From NCBI GenBank assembly GCA_047973205.1, contig JBKEBO010000016.1, positions 2,973 to 66,972 on the forward strand: 64,000 bases of DNA, given 5' to 3'. The notes beneath the pieces were generated by a model that worked only from the letters and a program-made list of their open reading frames with translations, was not told the DNA's origin and ran no database searches. Shown piece after piece: positions 8,705 to 17,693 of this stretch (its first letter is position 1; every line of letters begins with the position of its first letter). The stretch is from Alphaproteobacteria bacterium (GTDB lineage Bacteria; Pseudomonadota; Alphaproteobacteria; JBKEAR01). A program made the position numbers and the translations under genes.

Positions 8705-9634
8705 ATGCATATTAAAGTCAATACTCGCTTTGCTCCCTCACCCACAGGTCATCTCCATTTAGGCCATGCTTATTCGGCTTTTTTTGCCTATGAGCTTGCA
8801 AATGCCACTAGGGGAAATTTTATCTTACGTATAGAAGATATTGATATTACACGGAAAAAAGATAATCTTATTCAGGATATTTATACAGATTTACATTGGC
8901 TCGGCTTAAAATGGCAACAGCCTGTAAGGTTACAATCAAAATATTTTGAAGATTACACGCAACAGCTTGATAAACTAAAGAAATTAGGTGTTATCTATCC
9001 TTGTTATTGCAGTCGAAAACAGATTGCTCAAAAGCGAGATACCATGTTGCATGCCCCCCATGGCGTTCGTGGAAATATCTATCCACAAACATGTAAAAAC
9101 CGCAATATTGATGAAATCAAAGACCTTGAAAATCAAGGAATTATTCCTGCTTATCGCCTTGATTTTGAAAAAAGCCTCTCTCTATTATCCGAACCTCTTC
9201 CAAATTTTTGGAATGACTTATTGATGGGCAAACAACCCCTTGATTTATCAACAATTGGTGATGTTATTTTGGCTCGTCGTGATATTCAAACAAGCTATCA
9301 TATGGCAGTAACTTATGATGATAATCTGCAAGATATATCTCTGATTACTCGTGGGGTTGACCTTATGGAACAAACACCATTACATATGCTATTACAAAGA
9401 CTTATAGGCTATAACACCCCCTATTATGCCCATCATGATTTGCTTTGTGATAAAGCGGGCAATCGTTTGGCTAAAAGCCATGGAGCAATAAGTCTTAAAC
9501 AGCTCCGCAAGCAAGGCATAAGCCCAGAGCAAATCCGCAAGCAAATGGGCATTGGCAGCCCTGAATGGTATAAGAAGATTGAGCAAATTGTAGGCATGCT
9601 TCACCTTCCAACAAGCTTGAGGGAGCGGTATTAA
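8705..9634 (+). CDS. gluQ: tRNA glutamyl-Q(34) synthetase (GluQRS)
   Basis: 309 aa truncated GluRS catalytic domain lacking an anticodon-binding domain. It has RFAPSPTGHLHLGHAYSA (HIGH motif) and LAKSHG (KMSKS-like). Confidence 0.85.
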   Translation: MHIKVNTRFAPSPTGHLHLGHAYSAFFAYELANATRGNFILRIEDIDITRKKDNLIQDIYTDLHWLGLKWQQPVRLQSKYFEDYTQQLDKLKKLGVIYPCYCSRKQIAQKRDTMLHAPHGVRGNIYPQTCKNRNIDEIKDLENQGIIPAYRLDFEKSLSLLSEPLPNFWNDLLMGKQPLDLSTIGDVILARRDIQTSYHMAVTYDDNLQDISLITRGVDLMEQTPLHMLLQRLIGYNTPYYAHHDLLCDKAGNRLAKSHGAISLKQLRKQGISPEQIRKQMGIGSPEWYKKIEQIVGMLHLPTSLRERY

Positions 9635-9706
9635 GGAGCGGGAGAATAAAGCTTTTATGGTCAAGCAGAACGCTTGTAGATAATATGACAAACCCCCATT
9701 AATATA

Positions 9707-9736
9707 GAAAAAACCTGCATAGATATACTATGCAGG
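9707..9736 (-). terminator. Rho-independent terminator of the outer-membrane protein gene
   Basis: 9-bp stem CCTGCATAG (9714-9722) / CTATGCAGG (9728-9736) with a 5-nt loop. The minus strand continues with TTTTTTC. Confidence 0.65.
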
Positions 9737-9786
9737 CCATCAAGTTGTCTCTCTCTTGAAAAGGAGAAGTCAACAAGAGAGGATTT

Positions 9787-10371
9787 TTAAAAATGTCTCA
9801 TAATACCAATACTTACATTATTTTTGGAACGTTTTACAGTATAATCTTTAAACACATCATTATTATCAGTTGCCCACTCATAGGCATATTCAGCCCGAAG
9901 TGTCCAGCTCTCGTTGAGAATATACTCCGCACCCAATCCTGTTTCTATAGAAGAATATGAGCTATTTTTACCAAAGTCATAATCGATGTAATTTTGTTTT
10001 ACACCTGCTTTACCATAAAGAAGAACGGCGTTTCCGAACCACCAACCTGCACGGCCATAAATACCTGCAGAAAATGAGCGATTATCGCCATTAAAACCAA
10101 CAGTATCTGCATGGTCAAAACCAACTTCTAACTCACCTTCAACCCCAATATAACTGCCCTTTGTGCCGTTCCATGCAATACCCGCAACCGCTCCAAAGTT
10201 CCATTCATTACCACTTAAATCATATGATGTATTATTATGTTTTGCATCAACATCTTGTGTTGTCCATGCTTGTCCTACCGTAAAGCCAATATAACGATCG
10301 CCAGGAAAGGCATGAGCCATTTGTGTGCCTAATAGGCCAACAGCCAAAATAGATGGAAATAAAATTTTCAT
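9787..10371 (-). CDS. Outer-membrane beta-barrel protein (Omp25/OmpW-like small porin family)
   Basis: Signal peptide MKILFPSILAVGLLGTQMAHA, alternating amphipathic beta strands rich in G/Y/W, and a C-terminal aromatic residue (MRHF). Confidence 0.7.
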   Translation of the reverse strand: MKILFPSILAVGLLGTQMAHAFPGDRYIGFTVGQAWTTQDVDAKHNNTSYDLSGNEWNFGAVAGIAWNGTKGSYIGVEGELEVGFDHADTVGFNGDNRSFSAGIYGRAGWWFGNAVLLYGKAGVKQNYIDYDFGKNSSYSSIETGLGAEYILNESWTLRAEYAYEWATDNNDVFKDYTVKRSKNNVSIGIMRHF

Positions 10372-10384
10372 TACAATATACTCC

Positions 10385-10418
10385 TTAAAATATAAAGATA
10401 TTTAAAATATAAAGATAT
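10385..10418. repeat. Perfect 2 x 17 bp tandem repeat in the 5' region of the OMP gene
   Basis: TTAAAATATAAAGATAT occurs at 10385-10401 and again at 10402-10418, directly upstream (minus sense) of the GGAG Shine-Dalgarno. Confidence 0.9.
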
Positions 10419-10470
10419 TAAGGATAGTCTAGCAAGCAAATATAAAAGAATGGTTAACTTTTTCAGGTAA

Positions 10471-11880
10471 TTATATCATATACACCAAGATGAAAATCAT
10501 AAGAATAACCCGCAAAATATCTACCATAATAAAAGGGAGTATTCCTTTATAAATATGGCGAATAGACATATTCGGCCTTATGGATTGCATCACAAATAAG
10601 TTCATCCCCACAGGCGGTGTTATTAGCCCTATTTCGATAATAACAACATTAATAATACCCCACCAAATAGGATCATAACCAAGGCTAATAACAAGCGGAA
10701 AAGTAAAGGGTATTGTAATAACCATCGCCGCTAAACTATCAAAAACTGCTCCTAATAAAATATAAAGTAAAACAATGATAAATAAAGTAAATATGGGTGT
10801 TATCTTAAGGCCAGAAACCCATGAGACTGTTTCTTCGGGCAAACCACTTAAAGTGAGAAAATATTTATAAATGCCAGCTCCAATAAGGATAAAATAAAGA
10901 GCGGAAATTTGCCCTGCTGATTGCAGCAATGTATCTTTAAGCTCTTGTAAAGTAAAATAATTTTTACCAAAGTAGCGAAATCCAGCCCAAATAACAGTAA
11001 GTACAAGCCCAAATGTTGCGGCCTCTGTAATTGTAAATAAGCTCGCATAAATTCCACCAAAAACCAGCAGTAAAATAAGGAGAGCTGGTATGGCCTTAAC
11101 AAAGATATACCATTGTTCTTTAGAAGATAATTTTTGTGATTTTGGAGCTTGCTTCGGGTATTTTTTGCCCATATAAATAGCTGTTAAGACATAAAGAATA
11201 ATAGCGATTACTGCAGGAATAAAGGCGGCTCGGAATAAATCTATAATATTTTGCTCCGTAAGTCCTGCATAGATAATCATCACCATGGATGGAGGAACAA
11301 GGCTGCCTAAAGTCCCTCCTCCTGCTAATGCCCCTGCGATAATCATATCGCTATAGCCTCGATTTTTCATCTCTGGATAGGCCACTTGGCTCATGGTTGC
11401 TGTTGTGGCAACCGAAGAGCCACAAACGGCTCCAAAGCCTGCACTCGCTATAATAGATGAAACTCCTAACCCATTGGTTCTATGGCCAATAAGAGCCGCA
11501 GCAAGGCGAAAAATATCTGCAGATAGGCCTGATATTTGAGCAAATGCTCCCATCAGGATAAAAAGTGGAATGACTAAGAGGTCTAAGGAGGATAATGCCT
11601 CAGTGAACTCCAGCGAAGCAATTGCAAAAGCTGCTGATATATCACCAACAATCGAAAAATAGCCCAAAATCCCCACCATAGCCATGGCAATAGCTACAGG
11701 CGTTTTGCTAAAAATTAGCAACTGTAAAATAATAAATCCAATAATTCCAATGACTAATGGGCTAATAATTAACTTTTCTCCTTTGCAAAAAAGAGCATAA
11801 AAATCTGAATAATAAAGGCAAACCAGAGCATAAAAGAAGTAAAGCCCCATAAAGGCCATATGGGCAAATGAATCCCCCAA
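10471..11880 (-). CDS. dctM: TRAP transporter large permease subunit DctM (start uncertain)
   Basis: Polytopic permease following dctQ and dctP. The homologous DctM N-terminus begins near LIISPLVIGIIG (~11769). No ATG/GTG/TTG is present there; ATT overlaps the dctQ TAA. The ORF-track start at 11880 overlaps dctQ by 112 nt. Confidence 0.85.
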   Translation of the reverse strand: MGDSFAHMAFMGLYFFYALVCLYYSDFYALFCKGEKLIISPLVIGIIGFIILQLLIFSKTPVAIAMAMVGILGYFSIVGDISAAFAIASLEFTEALSSLDLLVIPLFILMGAFAQISGLSADIFRLAAALIGHRTNGLGVSSIIASAGFGAVCGSSVATTATMSQVAYPEMKNRGYSDMIIAGALAGGGTLGSLVPPSMVMIIYAGLTEQNIIDLFRAAFIPAVIAIILYVLTAIYMGKKYPKQAPKSQKLSSKEQWYIFVKAIPALLILLLVFGGIYASLFTITEAATFGLVLTVIWAGFRYFGKNYFTLQELKDTLLQSAGQISALYFILIGAGIYKYFLTLSGLPEETVSWVSGLKITPIFTLFIIVLLYILLGAVFDSLAAMVITIPFTFPLVISLGYDPIWWGIINVVIIEIGLITPPVGMNLFVMQSIRPNMSIRHIYKGILPFIMVDILRVILMIFILVYMI

Positions 11881-12239
11881 GTGGTTACACTATTTTGCAT
11901 TTGCTCCAAGCTATAAAAGCTCATCTGTAGTGCTAAAATCCCTAAAAAGATAGCCAAAAAAGTACCACCAATAAAATCGACTGTTTTTATGGCTCTTGGG
12001 CTTAAAAAACTATCAACAAGTCGCACTATAATTGACGATTTTTTTAAAACCATTATGGGAGCCGTTGCGGCGATGCTAAAAACACTCAACATCAATAAAA
12101 TATCGTTAAGTCCTTGAGTATAAATATTCAAAAACTTTCGTAACAAAGCATTACAAACCATCATAAAGCTAATAAAGATAAGTGATGCCAAGCCTAAAAT
12201 TGCAAAAAAATTCGCTGCTTTTTTTATAAATTTAAACAT
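11769..12239 (-). CDS. dctQ: TRAP transporter small permease subunit DctQ
   Basis: 156 aa with four hydrophobic helices, located between dctP and dctM. Its start overlaps the dctP stop by 1 nt. Confidence 0.8.
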   Translation of the reverse strand: MFKFIKKAANFFAILGLASLIFISFMMVCNALLRKFLNIYTQGLNDILLMLSVFSIAATAPIMVLKKSSIIVRLVDSFLSPRAIKTVDFIGGTFLAIFLGILALQMSFYSLEQMQNSVTTWGIHLPIWPLWGFTSFMLWFAFIIQIFMLFFAKEKS

Positions 12240-13240
12240 TATTGTTGCGTCTTTTTATAGTTCATAACTGCATCATATAATTTATGATTTTCGGAGGTTT
12301 TTATCCGCCATTCATCTTGATAGGCTTGTAGAATGATTTCTGCTTTTTCTAAGTCTCGGGGTGAAAGCATTACAAAATGGTGGCCTCCTTCGGCTTTCAT
12401 TTTTGCATAAGCCTCCTGCGACTGCTTAAGTGTCTCTTTACCTATAAGCTCCGTAAACCAACCTTGAGAAACCTGCTCCAATGCTTGTTGGGATTTTTTT
12501 GAAAGCTGAGAAAACTTCTTTTTTGTCATAGGAAAAACAATTGCATTTCCACCCAAATAAAGATTTACCACATGATATTTGGTTACATCATTCATCTTAA
12601 AATTATAAACATTTCCCATATCCATTAAAGCCCCATCAATAACACCGCGATGGAGATTTTCTGCAATTTGAGGTGCTGTAATATTACTGACAGGAATGCC
12701 CCCAAGTCGACGAATGATTTCTGATTGTGCTGCACCCACAACACGGAATTTTAGACCTCTAATATCATCAAGCTTTTCTATTTTTTTTGCCGAATGGATA
12801 ATATAAGGGCCAACCTCCTGATAACCAAGAACTTTAAACTTATCAAGCCCTTTAACGAGTCCTTGATCACCTAAATACTGAGCTATTTTAGCACCTTCTA
12901 ACTCGTTAGAGAATAGATAGGGAAGCTCTAAAACATCCAGCCCTCGCACTCGTCCTGGTGTATAAGGAGTAACAACTTCTGCAATATCCAGAACAGCTTT
13001 TTCGATTAAATCTAGCTGAATTTTACCCCCTGAGCCTAATATCCCCCCAGGATAGTGTTTAACCTTAAGTTGCCCATCAGAAAGCTCTGCAACTTTTTCG
13101 ATGAAAGTTGGAATAATCACACGATTAGTTACCGTGGTTGCAGGTAAAAAATCTCCAAATTTTAGTGTATTTTCCTTTGCATAAGATATTAATGAAAAAA
13201 GTAATAAAAAGCAAAATGTTATACATTTTTTTAGATACAC
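12239..13240 (-). CDS. dctP: TRAP transporter periplasmic solute-binding subunit DctP family
   Basis: 333 aa with a signal peptide (FCFLLLFSLISYA). It has DctP-like motifs and is the first gene of the dctPQM order. Confidence 0.8.
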   Translation of the reverse strand: MYLKKCITFCFLLLFSLISYAKENTLKFGDFLPATTVTNRVIIPTFIEKVAELSDGQLKVKHYPGGILGSGGKIQLDLIEKAVLDIAEVVTPYTPGRVRGLDVLELPYLFSNELEGAKIAQYLGDQGLVKGLDKFKVLGYQEVGPYIIHSAKKIEKLDDIRGLKFRVVGAAQSEIIRRLGGIPVSNITAPQIAENLHRGVIDGALMDMGNVYNFKMNDVTKYHVVNLYLGGNAIVFPMTKKKFSQLSKKSQQALEQVSQGWFTELIGKETLKQSQEAYAKMKAEGGHHFVMLSPRDLEKAEIILQAYQDEWRIKTSENHKLYDAVMNYKKTQQ

Positions 13241-13275
13241 AATATTGTCCTTTATATATAATTACTATATGAAAA

Positions 13276-13325
13276 CTTATATATTTGATGCTCCAATATA
13301 CTTATATATTTGATGCTCCAATATA
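13276..13325. repeat. Perfect 2 x 25 bp tandem repeat upstream of dctP
   Basis: CTTATATATTTGATGCTCCAATATA occurs at 13276-13300 and 13301-13325, 36-85 bp upstream of the dctP start (minus strand). Confidence 0.9.
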
Positions 13326-13408
13326 ATATACTTGCTGTATAAATCAAGTTTCTTTTTATATAGGAATAAACAGTCTTTTTTGCTTACAAACAAGGAAAAT
13401 CAAGCCAT

Positions 13409-13660
13409 TTATTCTGTCTCAAGATAGAGCTCTACCGCATGTAATCCTTGATTAAAAAATGGGCTTAGAATTTCATTAACCATACGCTGGCGATTAACTT
13501 TACTTAAGCCTTCAAATTTTTCACTTATAATATAGACTCTTAAGTGACTAGCCTCTTTAACATGATCGCCATGGCCTAAATGTTCGCCTGAAAAATCCAT
13601 GAGCTTAATTTCACCATTTTCAAATTTTTCTTGGAGTGCGTTATAGATATCTTTAATCAT
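13409..13660 (-). CDS. bolA: BolA family protein
   Basis: 83 aa. The run FSGEHLGHGDH...SHLRVYIISEKFEGLSKVNRQRMV...LHAV matches the BolA fold signature. Confidence 0.8.
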   Translation of the reverse strand: MIKDIYNALQEKFENGEIKLMDFSGEHLGHGDHVKEASHLRVYIISEKFEGLSKVNRQRMVNEILSPFFNQGLHAVELYLETE

Positions 13661-13803
13661 TTTTTTCCCTTTATGTTAAATTTTAGAGATTAATTATAAG
13701 GGTAAAAATAAAAAAATTCTATAACATACATGATGATTTTTAAAATATTTCATGTTAATATCACCATAAAGCTGTTGTAGATAGATTAAAAGTTGAACGA
13801 ATC

Positions 13804-14619
13804 TTGGATAAATTTGTTATACGCCTGATTAAAATTATTTTATGGTTTCGATATAGAATCTCTGTTTCTGGCCTAGATGAAATCAAACAAGATTCTCGCC
13901 CTATTTTATTTGTTGCCAATCATCCATCCTTAAGTGATCCTCTTATTGTTATTCAGCTTTTATGGCATAAGTTTCATCCTAAAGCTTTGGTGAGAGACTT
14001 ACAAATCAACCGTCCGATTATTGGGGCTTGCATCCGTAGTTTTGAGCCCATATCCATGCCTGATATGCGTAAAGATGCTAAAAAAAAGGCAAGCTGGGCT
14101 CGTCAGTCTATTGAACTTACTAAGGAAGCTCTTGGCGATGGCCATAATATTCTTATTTGGCCTGCAGGTAAGCTTAGCCGCGATGGTTACGACTACTTTA
14201 TTCAGCGAAGTTCAACCCATCAGGTTTTTAAAAGCCGTAGTGATTGCCGCATTGTTGCTTTACGTTCCACAGGCATATGGGGAAGTCGTTCGAGCTGGTA
14301 TAATGGTCCAGACACACCTATTTGGAAAATTGGACTTATGGGGCTAATATTTATTCCACTAAACTTATTTTTCTTTATGCCCAAAAGACACATACATTAT
14401 GAAGTTCAGGAACTTAAAGAGCTAGAAGGATTAGAGCGAACTGCATTTAATACCCGCTTGCAAAATTATTTTAATGCCAAACCTCAGCCTGCACAAATCA
14501 CACCGCTCATGTGGTGGCATAAGGTAAGGTTCTCCCCTGCAAAAACTCCAAAAACAGCCGAAGAACTCTTACAAAAAGAAGAAAAACAACCGCCTCAAAA
14601 ACAAAAAGGAATATCTTAA
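13804..14619 (+). CDS. Lysophospholipid/glycerolipid acyltransferase (PlsC family), paralog 1
   Basis: TTG start. HX4D catalytic motif (NHPSLSDP) and a later PAGKLSRDG block. It shares the same architecture and many conserved blocks with the next ORF. Confidence 0.7.
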   Translation: MDKFVIRLIKIILWFRYRISVSGLDEIKQDSRPILFVANHPSLSDPLIVIQLLWHKFHPKALVRDLQINRPIIGACIRSFEPISMPDMRKDAKKKASWARQSIELTKEALGDGHNILIWPAGKLSRDGYDYFIQRSSTHQVFKSRSDCRIVALRSTGIWGSRSSWYNGPDTPIWKIGLMGLIFIPLNLFFFMPKRHIHYEVQELKELEGLERTAFNTRLQNYFNAKPQPAQITPLMWWHKVRFSPAKTPKTAEELLQKEEKQPPQKQKGIS

Positions 14620-14622
14620 AAT

Positions 14623-15441
14623 ATGAGAGAAATTATTCGTCAAATCTTACGTTTTATTGCTTTTTTTATTGTTCCCTTACGCTATCGGGTCAATATAATT
14701 GGCAAAGATAAGATTGATGCTCCCAATGAGAATGATACACGACCTATCTTATTTTTATCGACCCATCCTTGCTTTGCTGACCCCGTATTAACGATGCAGT
14801 CTTTATGGCCAAAATATCGCCCTAAACCTTTGGCTTCTTCTACCCAGACTGAGCGTATTGGCATTGGTTCACTTTTAAAGTTGTGGGACCCTGTAGAAAT
14901 TCCTAATATTTGGGTTCAAGGGCGGGACCGTGTTCAACAAACCCGTGATGCGATTGAAAGTATCGGCCAAGCTTTAGCCGATGGAAGCAATGTTTTGCTT
15001 TACCCTGCAGGACGTTTTCCTCGTAATGGCTATGAGGATTTAGGTGCTCGTTCTTCTGTTACCAGCATTTTGAGCCACCGCCCCGATGCTCGTATTGTTC
15101 TGATACGCCATGTGGGCTTATGGGGAAGCCGTACGGGGCGACAACCATGGAATGATGTTCCTCCGCTGCATATTGTTGCTATGCAAGCTATTGTGGCTCT
15201 TATTGCTAATCTTATTGTGTTTATGCCAAAACGCAACGTTAAAATCGTTATGGAAGAAGTTACTGATTTTCCTGTAGATGGTAGCCGTTTAGAAGTGAAT
15301 AACTATCTGGAGAGTTACTTTAATGCCGAATATCAACCCTTAGTCAAAACCCCCTTATTCTTTTGGCAAAAGGTACAGGTTTTACCAAATATTGAGCCTC
15401 CAAAACCTATTGGTTGGGATAAGCTTAAAAAGCCTGAATAA
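14623..15441 (+). CDS. Lysophospholipid/glycerolipid acyltransferase (PlsC family), paralog 2
   Basis: HX4D motif (THPCFADP), a PAGRFPRNG block, and GLWGSR and FMPKR blocks shared with paralog 1. It starts 3 nt after the paralog 1 stop. Confidence 0.7.
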   Translation: MREIIRQILRFIAFFIVPLRYRVNIIGKDKIDAPNENDTRPILFLSTHPCFADPVLTMQSLWPKYRPKPLASSTQTERIGIGSLLKLWDPVEIPNIWVQGRDRVQQTRDAIESIGQALADGSNVLLYPAGRFPRNGYEDLGARSSVTSILSHRPDARIVLIRHVGLWGSRTGRQPWNDVPPLHIVAMQAIVALIANLIVFMPKRNVKIVMEEVTDFPVDGSRLEVNNYLESYFNAEYQPLVKTPLFFWQKVQVLPNIEPPKPIGWDKLKKPE

Positions 15442-15468
15442 AATAATTTCACTAAAATGGAGGATGTG

Positions 15469-16491
15469 ATGATTAAAGAATTTTTATGGGCTAAACATCA
15501 AGATAAAGATATTTTTCAATATCATTTAACCAATGGACAATATAAAGCTGTTATAAGTAATTATGGGGCTTTGCTCACTCATTTATATGCTCCTGATAAA
15601 AATGGCAATATGGCCGATATCGTCTTAGGCTTTGATGATTTTGAAGATTATTTAACCTTAAGCCCTTATTTTGGAGCAACTATTGGTCGCTTTGGTAATC
15701 GCATAAAGAATGCCAAATTCACCTTAAATGATACAATTTATCAGCTCACCAAAAATGAGGGGGAAAACCAGCTCCATGGAGGATTTTATGGCTTTGACAA
15801 ACAAATTTGGGATGTTCAGCTTGATAATAAAAATACAAGCATTGAACTCACTTATGTAAGCCCAGATGGCGAAGAAGGCTTTCCTGGTAATCTCACAACC
15901 AAGGTTACCTATCAGCTCAAAGAAGATGGAAGCCTTATCTATAAAGTCGAAGCAACAAGCGATAAAGATACCATATGTTCCATTGTTAATCATAGCTACT
16001 TTAACCTTGCGGGTTCTGGAGATACTCTTAAGCATCGCCTTTGGGTTGATGCAGACGCTTATACGGAAGTCGATGATACGCTTATTCCTACAGGAAAGCT
16101 TCTTTCTACTGGTGGCACAGGCTTAGACTTTAGCTCACCTCGTCTTCTTGGAGAAGCCATGAAACAAATGAATAGCCATGTTTATGACCATAATTTAGCC
16201 CTTAACGGCAATATTGGAAGCTTACGTAAAGTGGCAATATTAAGCGATGATGTTTCAAAACGAAGCCTAGAGGTTTCAACCACATTACCAGGGCTTCAAA
16301 TTTATAATAGTGCTGTTATGCAAGGTGCAAATATTAAGAGTAAAGATGGTACAACCTATCCAAACTTTGCAGGATTTTGCTTAGAGACTCAGTATTTCCC
16401 CGATAGCCCTAATATTTCTAGCTTTGCACAACCGATTCTAAAAGCGGGTGAGCTGTGGCAACATTGTACAATATTTAAGCTTGGCTGCTAG
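15469..16491 (+). CDS. galM: Aldose 1-epimerase (galactose mutarotase)
   Basis: GRFGNRI, LHGG, the FPG block and NHSYFNL motifs are present. ATG 15469 lies 5 nt after GGAGG (15459-15463); the ORF-track ATG at 15457 contains that SD. Confidence 0.85.
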   Translation: MIKEFLWAKHQDKDIFQYHLTNGQYKAVISNYGALLTHLYAPDKNGNMADIVLGFDDFEDYLTLSPYFGATIGRFGNRIKNAKFTLNDTIYQLTKNEGENQLHGGFYGFDKQIWDVQLDNKNTSIELTYVSPDGEEGFPGNLTTKVTYQLKEDGSLIYKVEATSDKDTICSIVNHSYFNLAGSGDTLKHRLWVDADAYTEVDDTLIPTGKLLSTGGTGLDFSSPRLLGEAMKQMNSHVYDHNLALNGNIGSLRKVAILSDDVSKRSLEVSTTLPGLQIYNSAVMQGANIKSKDGTTYPNFAGFCLETQYFPDSPNISSFAQPILKAGELWQHCTIFKLGC

Positions 16492-16578
16492 AAATATCTA
16501 CTTTTTTATAAAAAATAAAAAATCATTATTGACAATAAGAGCAGATAACGATAAAAGTATCCTCAATGTTTTTAAGTA

Positions 16579-16665
16579 GCGGGCGTGGTGGAATTGGTAG
16601 ACACGCAAGACTTAAAATCTTGTTCCCGATTGGGAGTGCCGGTTCGATTCCGGCCGCCCGCACCA
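16579..16665 (+). tRNA. tRNA-Leu (anticodon UAA), CCA encoded
   Basis: Acceptor stem GCGGGCG/CGCCCGC. Anticodon stem-loop CAAGA-CTTAAAA-TCTTG. It has a long variable arm, a T-arm GGTTCGATTCC, and a 3' ACCA. Confidence 0.93.
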
Positions 16666-16670
16666 CTAGC

Positions 16671-16700
16671 AAAAAAACTCCCTTATGGGAGTTTTTGTTG
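16671..16700 (+). terminator. Bidirectional rho-independent terminator (tRNA-Leu / folB)
   Basis: AAAAAAACTCCC-TTAT-GGGAGTTTTT. The A-run and T-run flank the stem, so it can work in both directions. Confidence 0.7.
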
Positions 16701-16725
16701 TATAAACTGGCTATAAGTAACCATT

Positions 16726-17088
16726 CTAAATCCGAATAATTGCAGCTGCAGCCGCTGGAATAGCATGGGGTTTCTCTAATGTAATGTAAAGATTTTGCAT
16801 CTTTGGATAAGCTTCTAATAAAGCTTCCTTAATATGAATGGCCGCTGCTTCTAAAAGTTTAAACTTACCCTTTGTTAAAATATCAATAATAACCTCTTTA
16901 GGCCCATCATAATCCAATGTGGAAGCTAAATTATCCTGAGCAACTAAAGCATCTGCCTCATACTCGCATTCTAAGGTAACATAGACAGGCTGGGGTTTTT
17001 CATGTTCCCAATCATACCAACCAATATAGCAATCTACTAAAAGACGCTCAATTTTTATATAAAAAAGATAGGAATTCTTGTTATTCAT
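16726..17088 (-). CDS. folB: Dihydroneopterin aldolase family protein (FolB)
   Basis: 120 aa with GWYDWEHEKPQP, LDYDG, KLLEAAA and LEKPHAIP blocks in FolB order. It is divergent from folE. Confidence 0.7.
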   Translation of the reverse strand: MNNKNSYLFYIKIERLLVDCYIGWYDWEHEKPQPVYVTLECEYEADALVAQDNLASTLDYDGPKEVIIDILTKGKFKLLEAAAIHIKEALLEAYPKMQNLYITLEKPHAIPAAAAAIIRI

Positions 17089-17131
17089 TGCTATATAATC
17101 CTATGATGATAATTTATAGGGTTATAATATT

Positions 17132-17689
17132 ATGAACAAAAATGCAATAGAGCAAGCAATAAAACAATTACTTATTGCCATTGGAGAAGATACTGAACGT
17201 GAGGGACTTAAAGATACACCTGCACGCGTTGGCCGTATGTATGCAGATATTTTTGCAGGAATATCCCAACAAAGCGAAGATATTCTAAAGGTTCGTTTTA
17301 AAAGTGAAAATTATAATAATATCATCTTTGTTGCCGATATTCCCTTTTACTCTATGTGTGAGCATCATTTATTACCTTTTTTTGGTACTGCTGATGTTGC
17401 TTATATTGCAGGAGAAAACGGCGTATTAGGGCTTTCTAAATTGGCTCGACTTGTTGATATTTATGCAAAACGCCCCCAAATGCAAGAACGCCTTACTCAA
17501 CAAATTGCAACAGACCTTATTGAAGTTGCAGGAGCTAAAGGAGCTTTTTGTCGCCTTAAGGCAAGACATTTTTGTATGGAAATGCGTGGTGTCCAAAAAG
17601 CAGGAGCAACAACAACAACCCAATGTTTTTTAGGGCAAATGCAAGAAGAATTCCGCAAGGAAGAAATCACAACTCTTTTAGCAAAGTAA
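17132..17689 (+). CDS. folE: GTP cyclohydrolase I
   Basis: 185 aa with [19 protein letters not shown] and RPQMQERLT motifs. Confidence 0.93.
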   Translation: MNKNAIEQAIKQLLIAIGEDTEREGLKDTPARVGRMYADIFAGISQQSEDILKVRFKSENYNNIIFVADIPFYSMCEHHLLPFFGTADVAYIAGENGVLGLSKLARLVDIYAKRPQMQERLTQQIATDLIEVAGAKGAFCRLKARHFCMEMRGVQKAGATTTTQCFLGQMQEEFRKEEITTLLAK

Positions 17690-17693
17690 TATT

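Noticed and set aside
16529-16557. A sigma-70 promoter for tRNA-Leu: a perfect -35 TTGACA (16529-16534), a 17-nt spacer, then TAAAAG.
   Set aside because: The -10 hexamer matches only 3 of 6 positions and lacks the invariant final T. That is too weak to report as a feature without TSS data.
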